A stretch of DNA of 64,000 bases, from the NCBI GenBank assembly GCA_963666055.2, contig CAXWPH010000011.1, positions 1-64,000 on the forward strand, written 5' to 3'. Source of the DNA: Acidobacteriota bacterium. Lineage in GTDB: Bacteria; Acidobacteriota; UBA890; WLXD01. The notes under the pieces are model-generated. The model ran no database searches. It saw only the letters and a program-made list of their open reading frames with translations, and was not told the DNA's origin. This document shows positions 62,082 to 64,000 of this stretch, one piece after another. The position numbers and the translations under genes were made by a program. Within the stretch, counting starts at the first letter, position 1; every line of letters begins with the position of its first letter.

Positions 62082-64000
62082 GATGCATCCTCGAGCATGT
62101 CGAAGAGACGTTCCGGGGTGAGCGGGATCGACGTGGGCTGCCGCCCCAGGGCAGCGGCGACGGCATTGATTACGGCCGGGGCTGGGCCGTCGATCGGCAT
62201 CTCCCCGATGCCCTTGGCGCCCCCCGGCCCCGGTGCACCGGCCTTCTGCAAGAAGAAGACACGCACCGGCGGCACATCAACGCTGGTGGGAATGATGTAG
62301 TTGGTGAGCTGATTATTGCGCGTTGCGCCAGCCTCCAGCTTGCACTCCTCCATCAGCGCCCATCCGATCCCCTGCACCACACCGCCCTGGACCTGGCCTC
62401 GCGCCAGCGTCTCGTTCATCACCCGGCCGACTTCCTGCACGGCGACGAAGTCGGTCACACGAGTGTTGCAGGTGCGCAGGTCGACCTCGACCTCGGCGAT
62501 GTAGGTGGCCCATGAGAAGGCCGCATAGGCATCGCCGCAGTAGGCCTCATCGTCCCACTCCACCCATTCGGGCTTGTGGTATTCGGCCTCGACTTGAAGA
62601 GATCCTCCGGGATGGTCTGCATACCACTGACGTATCGCCGTCTTGAGCTCGTCTCCGGTGCCGTCGGCTGCGACCTCGAGACGGGCCCTGAGGTTGTCAC
62701 AGGCGCGTTCAACCAAGTGTCCGACAACCATCACGGTCCGCGAGGCAACGGTCGGACCGCTGTCGGGGACCACTGCGGTGTCGGGCTCGACGATCGACAC
62801 GTCACCGTCCGCATAGCCCAGCCGTTCGGCGGCAATCTGTGTGAACACGGTGGTGGTGCCCTGCCCCATCTCGGTGGACGCCGCCAACACCGCTACGCTG
62901 CCATCGGGCCGTGCCGCCAGGCCAACGCGAGATTTCAAGTACACCTCGCCGGCGCCGGTAAAGCCAGCGCCGTGATAGAAGCTCGCGAGCCCGATGCCGC
63001 GTCGCAGATACGGGTGCTCGGCGTTGAACGCGACGTGCCGTTCCTGGCGCTTGGCGTACTCGGCGTGGCGCAGTGCTGCGTCGAGCACTTCGATGCGATC
63101 TGCCCCGTCGCTGATCACCTGGCCCGTAGAGGTGGTTTCTCCCTCGCGGAGCAGGTTGATACGCCTGAGCTCGGCAGGGTCCATCCCGATCCGCGACGCG
63201 ACGATGTCCATGTGGCGCTCGTTGGCAAATTGCGACTGTGGTGCCCCGAAACCACGAAACGCCCCGTAGGGTACGGAGTTGGTGAGCATGGCCCGACCGA
63301 CGATGCGAACGTTGTCGCAGGAGTACGGACCGGCAGCATGGATGATGGCGCGGCTCAGCACCACGGGTGACAGGGTCACGTACGCGCCACCGTCGAGATC
63401 GACCTCGATGTCCTGCGCCAGCAGCCGGCCCTCGGCATCGAGCCCGGTGCGGTGGCGCACCTGGGCCGGATGGCGCTTCGTAGTGGCGGCCATATCCTCG
63501 CCGCGGTCGTAGATTATTTTTACCGGCCGGCCGGCCTTGAGCGCCAGCAATGCGGCATGCGCGGCAATTGTCGACGGATACTCCTCCTTACCACCGAAAC
63601 CGCCACCTGTCGGGGCATGAATGACGCGCACCCCATCATCGTCGCGACCGAGCGCATGCGTGAGGGCGGCATGGATGTAGTAGGGGCACTGCATGCTGCC
63701 CTTGACCACCACCGCGCCGTCGTCCTCGACCCAGGCGACCATACCCTGAGTCTCGAGGTACACGTGCTCTTGGGCGCCGGTCTCGTATGCGCCCTCCACG
63801 ACGTAGGTCGCCGCAGCAAGCGCCGCTTCCACGTCGCCTTTTACGATGCTGAGTCGCTTGAGCACGTTGTCGCTGCCGTGCTGAATCTGATCCGGGGTCG
63901 GCGACAGCCGGAAATCGAAGATCGGATCCTCAGACTCGACTACGATCTCGACGGCCGCCACTCCACGGCGACACATCTCACGCGACTCGTGTGCTAACAA
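62078..64000 (-). CDS. xanthine dehydrogenase family molybdopterin subunit (5' end outside window)
   Basis: QEHVYLE, GGGFGGKE, AFRGFG, EMGQG, SGPTVASR and AKGIGE. Confidence 0.95.

Overview
High-GC bacterial chromosome segment. The PadR + duplicated orphan ABC permease (ADOP) genes point to Acidobacteriota (inference). Bases 1-7.2 kb are an accessory island: a minus-strand array of gene cassettes separated by three attC-like sites, with no integrase in the window. An IS3-family element (3-bp TSD) splits a DUF429 cassette gene. An IS1-family element (8-bp TSD) sits inside an attC site and carries two passenger genes that share a basic motif, plus four TGCTTG..CAAGCA-type palindromes. The island is bounded by the 3' portion of a tRNA-fMet gene. 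Bases 7-56 kb hold peptide, amino-acid and amine scavenging genes (permeases, peptidases, amidohydrolases, SpdH-like oxidoreductase), a DUF1326x2-DUF2182 module, a broken mmsA with an AT-richer intact mmsA nested inside it, a MITE, dispersed CTAG-anchored repeats, a candidate structured ncRNA and a CarH-like regulator that lacks its B12 ligands. Many genes are internally deleted or frameshifted. Bases 56-64 kb are a purine catabolism cluster (allB frameshifted at a perfect palindrome, alc, uraD, uraH, DUF6986-like lyase, xanthine dehydrogenase subunits). All family calls come from motif recognition by eye; no searches were run.
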